Assembly (NCBI GenBank): GCA_009927005.1
Contig: RFNV01000191.1
Coordinates: forward strand, 1-61,421
Origin: Pseudomonadota bacterium
GTDB lineage: Bacteria > Bdellovibrionota > FAC87 > UBA2466
DNA: 61,421 nt
Reading direction: 5' to 3'
Shown: positions 17,690 through 26,904 of the stretch, one piece after another
Layout of the letters: every line of letters starts with the position of its first letter
How positions within the stretch are numbered: position 1 is the stretch's first letter
Program-made: the position numbers and the translations under genes
Notes under the pieces: generated by a model
What the model saw: only the letters and a program-made list of their open reading frames with translations
The model's database searches: none
Told to the model about the DNA's origin: nothing

Positions 17690-18094
17690 GTGAAAAGAAT
17701 GAAACAGGCAGAACACCTCGTGCTGAGAGCAAGACTTCCGGTTTTGAGGATAAAAAGGAATAAAGCACTCATTTCTCATTTACTTTTTCAAGCCTCAGAG
17801 AAGTTCCAGGTTAAAATCTACAACAATTCTCTTAACAGCAATCACATCCACCTCTTAGTAAAAGCCCCCACCCAAAAACATCTTCACGATTTCTTAAGAG
17901 TTCTGACTGGCCAAATCGCGCAAAGAATCACGGGAGCCGTGAGAGGCAAGAAAAACCGTTTTAGTTTTTGGCTCAAGCCCGTTTGGAGAAGAATCGTTCA
18001 CTGGGGAAGGGATTTTCTAGGACTACACAAGTACATCTTTCAAAACCAATTAGAGACCCTGGGGCTTATTGCCTACCACCCCAGAAAGAGATAA
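17690..18094 (+). CDS. IS200/IS605-family Y1 (HUH) transposase-like protein, RayT-like, possibly N-terminally truncated or domesticated
   Basis: HUH motif in NSNHIHLLVKAP, with a C-terminal catalytic-Tyr-type motif HKYIFQNQLE (YIxxNP-like). It has a GTG start directly after an in-frame stop. No partner tnpB and no terminal repeats were seen. Confidence 0.55.
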   Translation: MKRMKQAEHLVLRARLPVLRIKRNKALISHLLFQASEKFQVKIYNNSLNSNHIHLLVKAPTQKHLHDFLRVLTGQIAQRITGAVRGKKNRFSFWLKPVWRRIVHWGRDFLGLHKYIFQNQLETLGLIAYHPRKR

Positions 18095-18152
18095 CCGCGC
18101 CCCAGATTGTTTTAGGGAAAAGTCCGCTAGCGTTATTTAGAAAGAACCGATT

Positions 18153-18803
18153 CTAATCTAATAATTTGGAAAGAATGTCGACGCGTTCGGCTTCAGGAAA
18201 GGAAGCTCGTTTGAAACCTTCTACCCACTCCGAGTTATTCCATTTCATGACTTTCATTTGAGGAATGACTTTGCGAGAGGGGTCTGGGAGCTCCGAAACA
18301 GAGACTTTATTGACCTTAATTATCGTGACGTCATCCTTACCGACGAGTGCATTTCGAAGCGAGTTTCCGAGATCTCGACAATGCGGGCAGGTCAGTTCAT
18401 CGCCGTAGGCTATAATTACTTTCTTAATGCCGGCATCCTTTAGCTTTTTCAAATGGGAACTGATTTCTCCCGAGGGAATGGGACCAACTTCTTTTTCGAG
18501 CTTTTTTGTTTTAGCTTCGGTCTTTTTCAATTTAGACTTTTCTGAATTTGGCAAATAACGAACTTCTCCCTGTTTGTTCACATAGGGACAGCCCTTTTCT
18601 AAATCACATCCGCCATCTTCCGATAGTTTCCATTCGCCTGAATTGACTTCGTCTGCGGTGAGGTTTTCAGCTTTTTTAAAAAAGGAAGTGCCATCAAATT
18701 GAGGTCGGCCGAGTTTCTCATTCGAATGCGAGGTGTTTAGGGAATGTTCCGAAAATCCCAAAAAAGAAAAAGCAAGTGCGAATAAGAAACTCTTGAAAGC
18801 CAT
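18153..18803 (-). CDS. Secreted thioredoxin-like protein (CPHC), stand-alone paralogue of the central module of the giant protease
   Basis: Signal peptide MAFKSFLFALAFSFLGFS. GCDLEKGCP followed by KKVIIAYGDELTCPHCRDLGNSLRNALVGKDDVTIIKV aligns by eye with GCINGVCP...KHVVIRYGNDARCKYCRVLAGELRSQFGSDSDVLVIKV of the 1221-aa ORF. Confidence 0.6.
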   Translation of the reverse strand: MAFKSFLFALAFSFLGFSEHSLNTSHSNEKLGRPQFDGTSFFKKAENLTADEVNSGEWKLSEDGGCDLEKGCPYVNKQGEVRYLPNSEKSKLKKTEAKTKKLEKEVGPIPSGEISSHLKKLKDAGIKKVIIAYGDELTCPHCRDLGNSLRNALVGKDDVTIIKVNKVSVSELPDPSRKVIPQMKVMKWNNSEWVEGFKRASFPEAERVDILSKLLD

Positions 18804-18879
18804 AAAATCTCCTGAAAAAAGAACTCATAGATTAACGAAGGAGAGATTTGAAAGAAAGGAACTCTAGGTCAAAGCTCGA

Positions 18880-19356
18880 TTACCCGCGTTGGGTGCGCTT
18901 CGCTACTTTGGCAAGTTCTCTTTTTGCTTCGCGTTCCTTCGTGGTTTGCCGTTTATCCACTCCGGTTTTTCCTTTAGCGAGCGCAATTTCTACTTTTGCA
19001 CGGCCCTTTTTGAAATACATTTTGGTTGGGACCAGAGTAAAGCCGCGTACTTCGGACTTTCCAAAAAGCTTATTGAGCTCTGCTTTATGAACGAGAAGCT
19101 TTCGGGTGCGCAATGGATCGTGATTCTCCCGATTTCCCATCGCATAAGGAGCAATGTGAGCGTTAATGAGAAAGAGCTCTCCGTTTTTTAAAATCGCATA
19201 AGCATCTTGGAGATTTGCTTTCCCAGTCCTTAGTGATTTTACTTCGGTTCCTGTCAGAACCATGCCTGCTTCAAATCGATCTTCTAAAAAATAATGGTGA
19301 CCAGCCTTTCGGTTATCACAAATGATTTTGATGCCGCCCCCTTCTTTTTCACTCAC
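18880..19356 (-). CDS. smpB: SsrA-binding protein SmpB
   Basis: Typical SmpB sequence: NRKAGHHYFLEDRFEAGMVLTGTEVKSLR..ANLQDAYA, with a basic C-terminal tail. Confidence 0.95.
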   Translation of the reverse strand: MSEKEGGGIKIICDNRKAGHHYFLEDRFEAGMVLTGTEVKSLRTGKANLQDAYAILKNGELFLINAHIAPYAMGNRENHDPLRTRKLLVHKAELNKLFGKSEVRGFTLVPTKMYFKKGRAKVEIALAKGKTGVDKRQTTKEREAKRELAKVAKRTQRG

Positions 19357-19949
19357 TTGTGGGCCTCTTCTGTTGTGACAATCCCCAAGGAGATAACCAA
19401 TTTGAAAGCTTCCTGAACCGTCAATGAAAGCGGAATAATTTCATCTTCTGGCATCATCACGTAGAAACCCGAAGTCGGATTGGGAGTTAGCGGGATAAAA
19501 ATGTTAACTAAAGGCTTTCCTTGATCAGGGATTTTGGCATCGGGTTTCCCGGTGCGAAAGCCAATCGAGTACATGCCTTTTCTGGGAAACTCGATCATAA
19601 CGGCTGCGCTAAACCGATCGCTTCCAGGAGTGAAAATCGTTTCAAGAAACTTTCGAATGGCCCCGTAAATGCCCCCGACAAATTTGATTCTTCTCAAAGT
19701 ATTATCAAAAACATTGAGGAGCCATTCCCCAGCAAAGTTTTGAGCCAACACGCCAATGAGCATGATAAGCGCAATAGCGATCGCTAGCCCCAGTCCCGGA
19801 AAATCAAGCTTCAATATGAAGGAGGGTAAGTAGACTTTTGCGACATCATCGACCGCTTCAATGAACCATCTAAAAATGTTGATAGTAATAAATAACGGAA
19901 CCAGAACCAGGACACCTGTTACAAAAGCTCTCTGCAGTTTTTTCATCAT
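19353..19949 (-). CDS. DUF502 family membrane protein
   Basis: Two N-terminal TM helices, and EFPRKGMYSIGF...IPLTPNPTSGFYVMMPE matches the DUF502 signature (PtTPnPtSG). Confidence 0.75.
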   Translation of the reverse strand: MMKKLQRAFVTGVLVLVPLFITINIFRWFIEAVDDVAKVYLPSFILKLDFPGLGLAIAIALIMLIGVLAQNFAGEWLLNVFDNTLRRIKFVGGIYGAIRKFLETIFTPGSDRFSAAVMIEFPRKGMYSIGFRTGKPDAKIPDQGKPLVNIFIPLTPNPTSGFYVMMPEDEIIPLSLTVQEAFKLVISLGIVTTEEAHK

Positions 19950-20803
19950 CGGAGCTCCTTTAGAGACATATTATCAATTAAACGAGTATTTCCAATCTTT
20001 ACTGCGAGAAAAAAACGAGGAGACGTTAAGTCTGAAATTAAAGCCTCTTCAGCAGCTGTTTTTAGGTTCGCCCCTTCAGTAATTTCAGCATACTGCACTT
20101 CAATTCCTGAAAGGCTTTTTCGGGCAGTCGCCAGAAGGTCATAAACTGTGGCTGAGGGATAAGTTCCTAGCTCATCTCTTAATCGCCTCAGAGTCTTGGG
20201 GACAACTCCGGCTAGCTCTCTTTCTTTTTGAGAGAGGTAACGGTTTCGAGAGGACATCGCAAGACCATCGTTTTCTCGAATCGTAGGACAAGACAGAATC
20301 GATAGGGGCAAGTTGAAATCCCGAACGAGGTTTCTGATGACTTGAAGCTGTTGAAAATCTTTTTCTCCAAAAACGGCTAAGTCCGCTCTGCAAATTTCAA
20401 ACAACTTCAAACAAACGGTCGCGACCCCATTAAAATGCCCAGGACGAAAACGACCACAAAGCCGATTGCCTAATTCGCCCACTTGAACTTGATTGGAAAA
20501 TCCATCGGGGTATAAATCGTGAACATTCGGATAAAATAAGTACTGAACTCCCACTGATTTTAATTTTTCTACGTCGGACTCCAAAGTGCGGGGGTACTTG
20601 TCAAAATCCTCATTCGCTCCAAATTGGAGGGGGTTTACAAAAATACTGACAACCACTTTTTGACTATGCTTTTGGGCAAGCCTCACTAGCTCTAAATGCC
20701 CTTCATGTAGGCATCCCATCGTGGGTACCAAAGCAATCGTTTCTTTTCCTTTTAGTTGCCCTAAGACCTCTTGCGCTTTACGGATGGTATCAAGAACCAG
20801 CAT
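19946..20803 (-). CDS. panC: Pantoate--beta-alanine ligase
   Basis: ALVPTMGCLHEGHLELVR, VVSIFVNPLQFGANEDFDKYPRT and FGEKDFQQ motifs. Confidence 0.95.
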   Translation of the reverse strand: MLVLDTIRKAQEVLGQLKGKETIALVPTMGCLHEGHLELVRLAQKHSQKVVVSIFVNPLQFGANEDFDKYPRTLESDVEKLKSVGVQYLFYPNVHDLYPDGFSNQVQVGELGNRLCGRFRPGHFNGVATVCLKLFEICRADLAVFGEKDFQQLQVIRNLVRDFNLPLSILSCPTIRENDGLAMSSRNRYLSQKERELAGVVPKTLRRLRDELGTYPSATVYDLLATARKSLSGIEVQYAEITEGANLKTAAEEALISDLTSPRFFLAVKIGNTRLIDNMSLKELR

Positions 20804-21617
20804 AAAAACTGTGTTCCTTGGTTGGGAACTTTGAGGATTTTACTTCGTTTGAAAACTGAGTAATCGCTTCTTTCACTAACTCATTCAAGTTTCCATAAGC
20901 CTTTACAAATTTGGGTTTGAAATCAGTGTTGAGTCCTAAAATGTCTTGGAGGACTAAAACCTGGCCGTCACAGTGGGGTCCTGCTCCAATGCCAATGGTT
21001 GGAATTTTTAATCTGTCCGTGATGGCTTTTGCGAGTTCTGCTGGGATCCCCTCTAAAACAAGAGCGTAAGCTCCCGAGTCTTCCAAAGCCAGGGCATCCT
21101 GAAGAAGAGATTCTCGAGCAGAAACTGTTTTTCCTTGGATCTTGTAACCGCCTAACTGGTGAAAACTTTGCGGGGTTAATCCTACGTGCCCTAAAACGGG
21201 AATTCCTGAGGAAGTAATCTTTTCTACCGTTCGCGCAATGTTAACGCCGCCCTCTAATTTAACTGAATGGGCTCCGCCTTCAGACACTAATCGTCCAGCA
21301 TTTCGTAAAGCTTCTCTTGCACTCACTTGATAGGACATAAACGGCATGTCGACGCAGAGGTGTGCTTCTTGAACTCCCCTGGAAACACACTGCGTATGAT
21401 AAATCATCTGCTCAAGGGTGACCGATAATGTATTGGAGTTTCCTTGAACGACCATGCCCAACGAATCGCCAACTAAAATGATGTCGACGCCCGATTCATC
21501 TAAAAGTTTCGCAAACGTGTAGTCATAGGCAGTGACACAAACGAGCTTAGAGGGATTCTCTTTAGTCTCTTTCATTTGTCGAAAGACATGGGCATTTTTT
21601 TTAGATTTTCTAAGCAT
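20790..21617 (-). CDS. panB: 3-methyl-2-oxobutanoate hydroxymethyltransferase
   Basis: VCVTAYDYTFAKLLDESGVDIILVGDSLGMVVQG and VKLEGG motifs. It overlaps the panC start by 14 nt. Confidence 0.95.
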   Translation of the reverse strand: MLRKSKKNAHVFRQMKETKENPSKLVCVTAYDYTFAKLLDESGVDIILVGDSLGMVVQGNSNTLSVTLEQMIYHTQCVSRGVQEAHLCVDMPFMSYQVSAREALRNAGRLVSEGGAHSVKLEGGVNIARTVEKITSSGIPVLGHVGLTPQSFHQLGGYKIQGKTVSARESLLQDALALEDSGAYALVLEGIPAELAKAITDRLKIPTIGIGAGPHCDGQVLVLQDILGLNTDFKPKFVKAYGNLNELVKEAITQFSNEVKSSKFPTKEHSFYAGS

Positions 21618-21657
21618 GTTAAGTCGTTGCGACTCTACCGCAGTTTAGGGCAATTAT

Positions 21658-23001
21658 CTATAGCTCTGCCTGGGCGGAAACCCCCACCACCAAGGCATTT
21701 CCGGTATAAGTGAAAGTGGAGGCAGGGCTACCAGGTCGAGCAGTCTTACTGATTTCACGGTCTTTAAATCGGTGAATTTGGCCAAAAACGCCTAGGTTGA
21801 CGGGAGTCCCTAATATCCAAGAGTCCGAAAAATGTTGTTCCAAAGCCATTCCCAAAATATGGGTGTCCGTATCCAGAGCATTGGAGATCCCAGAGAGATC
21901 AGAAAAGGGAGTAGGGCGGTACTGGTAGCCTAAAGAAGCAAGCGTGGTTGCCCCGAGAGGAATTCCCACTGAAGCTCGTGGATTTAAAGTATCTCGGGTG
22001 GGAGGCTTTCCTCCAGAAGTACGATGAGTGGTTCCCGTCAAATCAGGAGTCTCGGTATATAAAACCGGAGGCTGGTATTCCCCCCATAATTGGTAGGACA
22101 ACCCAATAGACCAAAGTAGGTGATTGCCCTTTTGTTGAAGGTCCCAATCGATCGTTCGGGGTTCAAAATAAAGTGAGCTTCTCATGACGACGGGTTGTTC
22201 AAAGGTGTCTCGGCCATTGATACGAACTTTTGCTTTAACCGCTTGTTCTAGAATGGGGTCGATTTTCTGATGATAAGTGAGGGCTGAAGAATAAGAGCCG
22301 GATTTAGCATAAAGGCCAACAACCGGAGCTTTTTCTAAAACGACATCTAGATTCATTCGGCTAGTGGGATTTGATGACAAAGTTGTTTCGGCAGCTCCCG
22401 CGCCACTTAAAAATAGAGATAAACCTGTGCCGACATAAAGCGTTTTCGGAATGAGTTCCAGCCCCAAACTAGCTGTTCCTTTAAATTGGGCATCCGCAGT
22501 TCCGTAACGTGCCGTAAAAAAATCATCGGGGGCATGCGCTACAAATCCTCTGAGTTTTTCAAAGGGGCCGGAAAATGAGAGCCCGAAGCCCGCTTGTCTC
22601 CCTAAGGCCTTTAATCGAAGTGGCTGGTTAAATCCTAAAGCCCAACGAGTTTGCGACTGAGCAGAAAGTTGTAGTCGATCTTTAACGGGATCGTCTGTTT
22701 TGCGTAAAGACCGGGGCAAAAACACGGAATCGAAGTCATCTACTTTGACTTCCACCTGAAAAGTAGAAAACGAGAACCCCGACTGGTTCTTGGTGCCCAG
22801 AAGGGCTGGGTTGTAGAGTGCCGCGTGATCATTTTTTTCTTCGGCAGTGACAGAGCCTGCTCGGCCCGTGCTCTGGGCATCTAAGCCAAAGTTTTGAGCC
22901 TGAGACCCGAAGGAAAAAGAGGCGACTGACCAGGCCAGAAAATGAAGAAGTTTGAGAGCTTTCACGGGCGCACTTATACCACAGCGCGTTAAATAACTCA
23001 A
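21658..23001 (-). CDS. Outer-membrane channel, FadL/OmpP1/TodX-like transport protein
   Basis: Signal peptide and an N-terminal GRAGSVTAEEKNDHAALYNPALLG plug-like motif. The body is long, beta-strand-rich and Gly/aromatic-rich. Confidence 0.5.
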   Translation of the reverse strand: MSYLTRCGISAPVKALKLLHFLAWSVASFSFGSQAQNFGLDAQSTGRAGSVTAEEKNDHAALYNPALLGTKNQSGFSFSTFQVEVKVDDFDSVFLPRSLRKTDDPVKDRLQLSAQSQTRWALGFNQPLRLKALGRQAGFGLSFSGPFEKLRGFVAHAPDDFFTARYGTADAQFKGTASLGLELIPKTLYVGTGLSLFLSGAGAAETTLSSNPTSRMNLDVVLEKAPVVGLYAKSGSYSSALTYHQKIDPILEQAVKAKVRINGRDTFEQPVVMRSSLYFEPRTIDWDLQQKGNHLLWSIGLSYQLWGEYQPPVLYTETPDLTGTTHRTSGGKPPTRDTLNPRASVGIPLGATTLASLGYQYRPTPFSDLSGISNALDTDTHILGMALEQHFSDSWILGTPVNLGVFGQIHRFKDREISKTARPGSPASTFTYTGNALVVGVSAQAEL

Positions 23002-23022
23002 AGGCCCCGCGTTTATTTTTAA

Positions 23023-23826
23023 CTATTTGATTTTATTTGATAAAAATCTGAACTGGTCAAGAGTCAAAGCTTCAGCGCGGATCTGGGGCGAGATTCCAGC
23101 TTCCTCCAAACAAGCTTCCCAAGAAACTTCGGGAAATACGTCCTTCAGATTACTCGCCATTTTTTTTCGACGATGGCTGAAAGCAGCTTTGATAAGAGAA
23201 ATCGTTTTTAGCATTTCGGAAGAGTCAGGCTTTGGAATAAACAGAATCGCTTGAGATGAAACACTAGGAGCGGGATAGAACGCGCCTGCGGGAAGGGTCC
23301 CTAAGTTTTTTAAAGAGAAATGCACTTCGGTTATCAGGGTGAGGCTTCCGTAATTTTTCGTATTCGGTTTTGCAATGAGTCTATCGGCAAACTCTTTTTG
23401 AAAAGTAAATAGAAAGTGACTTAAAACATTTTTGTTCTCGGCCATTTTAAAAATCATGGGAGAGGACAAGTGATAGGGGAGATTGCTCAGCACTGCCACT
23501 TTTCTAGGAGGAGAAATGAGCTGGTTCCAATCGTGATCCAGAAAATCTCCCTGGTGAACGGGAATGCTGGGAAACTGTTCTTTAAGAAACACCGATAGTT
23601 TTTTATCAATTTCGAATAGCTGAATGGGTTTTTGAGTTTTTGTTGTGAGGATTTGAGTGAGGGCGCCTAAGCCCGGTCCTATCTCCCAAACTTCATCATA
23701 TTGGCCTTCGCAGAGGAAAGCCTCTACAAGTTTTTCGGCCCAATGCGGAGAAATGAGAAAGTTTTGACTCAAAGACTTCAGCGGAATGGCTTTGAGGCGA
23801 TTTAAAATCTCCTTGGGGTGAGCCAT
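23023..23826 (-). CDS. rsmA: 16S rRNA (adenine1518/1519-N6)-dimethyltransferase
   Basis: SQNFLISPHWAEKLV, VWEIGPGLGALTQ (SAM-binding) and SNLPYHLSSP motifs. Confidence 0.9.
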   Translation of the reverse strand: MAHPKEILNRLKAIPLKSLSQNFLISPHWAEKLVEAFLCEGQYDEVWEIGPGLGALTQILTTKTQKPIQLFEIDKKLSVFLKEQFPSIPVHQGDFLDHDWNQLISPPRKVAVLSNLPYHLSSPMIFKMAENKNVLSHFLFTFQKEFADRLIAKPNTKNYGSLTLITEVHFSLKNLGTLPAGAFYPAPSVSSQAILFIPKPDSSEMLKTISLIKAAFSHRRKKMASNLKDVFPEVSWEACLEEAGISPQIRAEALTLDQFRFLSNKIK

Positions 23827-24825
23827 TTAAAAATCCCCAGTCGAGTGAGCAGTCGCGGTCCAAGGGGCAGGCGTAAGCTTTCCAGCTTTTTCATAGAGGC
23901 CCGCTAATAAAGCGACCATTGCTGCATTATCGGTGCAGTGTCGGGGAGCTGGAAAATGGGCTTCTGGAAGTTTTTCACGTAAGTGGCTGTTACACGCAAC
24001 TCCGCCAGTAATTACAATTCGACTCCCGGGAACTTGGGCAGCCGCACTTCTTGTTTTTTCACAAAGGGAATCAACAATCGCTTCTTGCGCCGAAGCCAGG
24101 ATGGCTATTTTTTCTTTTTCATTTTCTAAATTCGCTTTTTGAACTTTTAAGGCGACTGCTGTTTTCAACCCTGAAAACGAAAACTGATTTCCTTCAACTT
24201 TGGGGCGAGGAAAAGGGATCTTTTTATCTTCTTCCATTGCTTTTTCTCGAACCAATCGATCAATGAGAGGGCCTGCGGGGTAGGGAAGGCCAACAAGTTT
24301 TCCCACTTTATCGAAAGCCTCTCCCGCGGCATCATCCAGTGTGCCCCCAAGCCATTGATAATCTAAAAGCCCGTTGACTTGAAAAAGCTCTGTATGTCCG
24401 CCACTCACCACCAGCGCAGTCCACGGAAAAGCAGGAGCCTCCTGCTTTTCCAAAGAAACAAGAAGCGGAGAAAAAAGATGGGCTTCAATGTGATTGAAAA
24501 CCGAAAAAGGTTTTCCGGTCGCAAAGGCTAATGCTTTGACATAAGAAACACCGACCAATAGAGCTCCAATGAGACCCGGCCGATGGGTAACTGCAAACCA
24601 ATCGATATCAGAAAGAGAAAGGCTAGCTTTAGTTAAACAGCTTTCGACGGCTAACGGCAGAGCCTTTAAATGCTCACGACTAGCGATTTCGGGGACGATT
24701 CCGCCAAACCTTTTCATCGGAGCCGTATGGGAAATGACACTCTCTGAGAGTAGGCTCCATTGAAGAGTATCAATGACCGCTACGCAGGAATCATCACAAG
24801 AAGTGTCGACTGCTAGAATTTTCAT
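23827..24825 (-). CDS. tsaD: tRNA N6-adenosine threonylcarbamoyltransferase
   Basis: MKILAVDTSCDDSCVAV, HxEAH-type IEAHLFSP, VSGGHTEL and GGVACNSHLR motifs. Confidence 0.95.
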   Translation of the reverse strand: MKILAVDTSCDDSCVAVIDTLQWSLLSESVISHTAPMKRFGGIVPEIASREHLKALPLAVESCLTKASLSLSDIDWFAVTHRPGLIGALLVGVSYVKALAFATGKPFSVFNHIEAHLFSPLLVSLEKQEAPAFPWTALVVSGGHTELFQVNGLLDYQWLGGTLDDAAGEAFDKVGKLVGLPYPAGPLIDRLVREKAMEEDKKIPFPRPKVEGNQFSFSGLKTAVALKVQKANLENEKEKIAILASAQEAIVDSLCEKTRSAAAQVPGSRIVITGGVACNSHLREKLPEAHFPAPRHCTDNAAMVALLAGLYEKAGKLTPAPWTATAHSTGDF

Positions 24826-24860
24826 TTGAGCTGCAAACTCCCATGGAACTGAAACGGTGT

Positions 24861-26729
24861 CTAGTGAAGAATCTTGGTGAGGTTCGTTTCGGCACTCGGC
24901 AAATTCCTAATATCAATTTGATCACCCGAGCTTGAGAGGTTCCCCATTCGGTTCATCAGAGTATCAATGCTAATAAATTTAACCCCATAACCGATTCTGC
25001 CTTGACCGGCTTCTGCCTCTCCTTCCGGTGCCCAAGCGCTGTGATAAACCTCTTTTGTCGCAAACCCAAACTCTTTTGCTTTGGCAGCAGAATCAATACC
25101 AGGAAGAGAAAGGGGACCAGTAGTCGAATGGCTACCCGGCTGTTGGGTTGCATAAACATCATAATGACTTCCGGGAATTCGGGGACCATTCAGCTTGATA
25201 GAATAAGGAAGCTCGGTTGCCGGAGCTCGGGTGGGAATTATTTGATTATCAGGACCTGCTACTTCTACGCCATCTGGATAGAGAGCCTGAGCAAACTGGG
25301 GCTCATCATAATCTTGATTGATGTTGCTGCCGGGATCGGGAAAAACGGTATAAAAAAGTGCATCGAAAATAGTGGGAGTCCGAATCGCTTGCAAGGGAGC
25401 TCTCAGTTGATCTCCTTTATCAGGCTCTGGCCACCCAAGAGCTCGGTTCCCTTGAGAGCGCCCAATATCGTTTCGAGGATGGAGAGAGTCATAATAAGCC
25501 ATCAGCTTCGCACTTCTTCCCCCTCCAACCGTATCAAAGGGGCGCACACTAAAATCAAGAATCCTACTCTGACCATCTGTTCGCGGCACGGGAATCAAAC
25601 CGTCTGTGGTTGCTTTGGGACCAATGCGACTTCCGAAGGGTTTTGCTACTGCATAGGCTTCCAGTTTTGGAAAACCCGCATCGATCCAAGTTTGGGGCAT
25701 AAATAAGAGTTTTGGTTTTGCAGTGAGTTTGACGCCAAAATAAGTAAGGTATTGTGGATCTTTTTCGTAACCCACTAAAGCTTCAAAAAAACGTCGACCA
25801 ACCATAGCCACGCAGGCACTGCCTCGGGCTTGGAAATCGAAGTAGTACATGGCATTGGCAGCTACGATTTCTTTTAGTTTTACATAAGTGGATTCTTTGG
25901 GAGCCAATATCTCCATCTGAAATTCACCATTTAAATTGCTGTCGGTTAGGTTGCGAAGAGCGGACTCTCGTGCAGCGGCCAAAACGGGATGAGAACTAGT
26001 CATCGGGCTTTCTTGGGCTGCTTGATTGATGAAGGATTCGATCGCTTTCATTTGAGACTCATGAAAACGCGCCCGATCACCTCGATATCGAAATCCGCCG
26101 AGGTAAGTTCCTGGCTTAGCAAAAATATCAAGAAGATGTTGAACCATGCGTTCGTTGTCATCTCGACCTTGTTCGCACTCGATATCCGCTTGTCGCTGGA
26201 TCTCTTTGATCTGATTGGCAATCGCTATTGAAAAGGGATCAAAAGTCGCAAGAACGGGGGGAACTACGATCGGAGGTAAGCCCCCGCCAGTGGGATCTGC
26301 ATTGTAACAAAGGTTTGTATCCTTGGCGTAACGTCGGCCGCGAACTGTCTCAAAACCGTGGGCTTGAAGACAGACGGAAGGGGCGTTGAACCCTTGAGGG
26401 AGTCGTTCGAGAGGCCCTCGCAAATCATCCTGGCTTCGAGGAAAGTTCTTATTATGACGAGCATGGGTTATTTGGGCTCGCATGACCAATTCTTTGTAAT
26501 CTTGTCTCATGCGGTAATTTACGGCGCCCATTTGATTTAAAGCTCTCGCTTGCCAAGCCGCTCCCGCATAAGCAGCCGCATCCGCCGCGATTTGAAGATT
26601 CATTTTGTTTTGAATGAGATGACCAAAATCAACTACGAAAGCAAAAAGAACAAACATGAAGGTAAACACGAGCGCAAATAAAACAGCGACTTGCCCCCGA
26701 GAGTTTTGAATCGGCTTTTTCCACCCCAT
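24861..26729 (-). CDS. TadE/TadG-like (Tad_N) N-terminal domain protein, large secreted or membrane-anchored, orphan
   Basis: Start moved to MGWKKPIQNSRGQVAVLFALVFTFMFVLFAFVVDFGHL..LQIAADAAAYAGA, the pseudopilin-like TadE/G N-terminal signature. The upstream 81 codons of the ORF-track call run towards the divergent ctpA start region. Confidence 0.6.
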   Translation of the reverse strand: MGWKKPIQNSRGQVAVLFALVFTFMFVLFAFVVDFGHLIQNKMNLQIAADAAAYAGAAWQARALNQMGAVNYRMRQDYKELVMRAQITHARHNKNFPRSQDDLRGPLERLPQGFNAPSVCLQAHGFETVRGRRYAKDTNLCYNADPTGGGLPPIVVPPVLATFDPFSIAIANQIKEIQRQADIECEQGRDDNERMVQHLLDIFAKPGTYLGGFRYRGDRARFHESQMKAIESFINQAAQESPMTSSHPVLAAARESALRNLTDSNLNGEFQMEILAPKESTYVKLKEIVAANAMYYFDFQARGSACVAMVGRRFFEALVGYEKDPQYLTYFGVKLTAKPKLLFMPQTWIDAGFPKLEAYAVAKPFGSRIGPKATTDGLIPVPRTDGQSRILDFSVRPFDTVGGGRSAKLMAYYDSLHPRNDIGRSQGNRALGWPEPDKGDQLRAPLQAIRTPTIFDALFYTVFPDPGSNINQDYDEPQFAQALYPDGVEVAGPDNQIIPTRAPATELPYSIKLNGPRIPGSHYDVYATQQPGSHSTTGPLSLPGIDSAAKAKEFGFATKEVYHSAWAPEGEAEAGQGRIGYGVKFISIDTLMNRMGNLSSSGDQIDIRNLPSAETNLTKILH

Positions 26730-26904
26730 TTTACTAGTATACGCCGCGGCGCATTCGCTTTCTAGGGGGCGGGCTAATTGTGAAAAAATCTTCATAATTT
26801 GCAGCGCCTTCTTTGGTGCTAGTATCTCATCGACAAAGTTTAAGAGAGCCTTCAGGAATTCTTGCGGAGTGACCGATAACTTGTGTATCAAGGAGTTGCG
26901 TCTC

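Noticed and set aside
25002-25706. 234-aa ORF on the plus strand
   Set aside because: It lies entirely antisense within the TadG-like gene. Its translation is Ser/Arg/Ile-rich with no motifs or signal, so it is most likely a shadow ORF.
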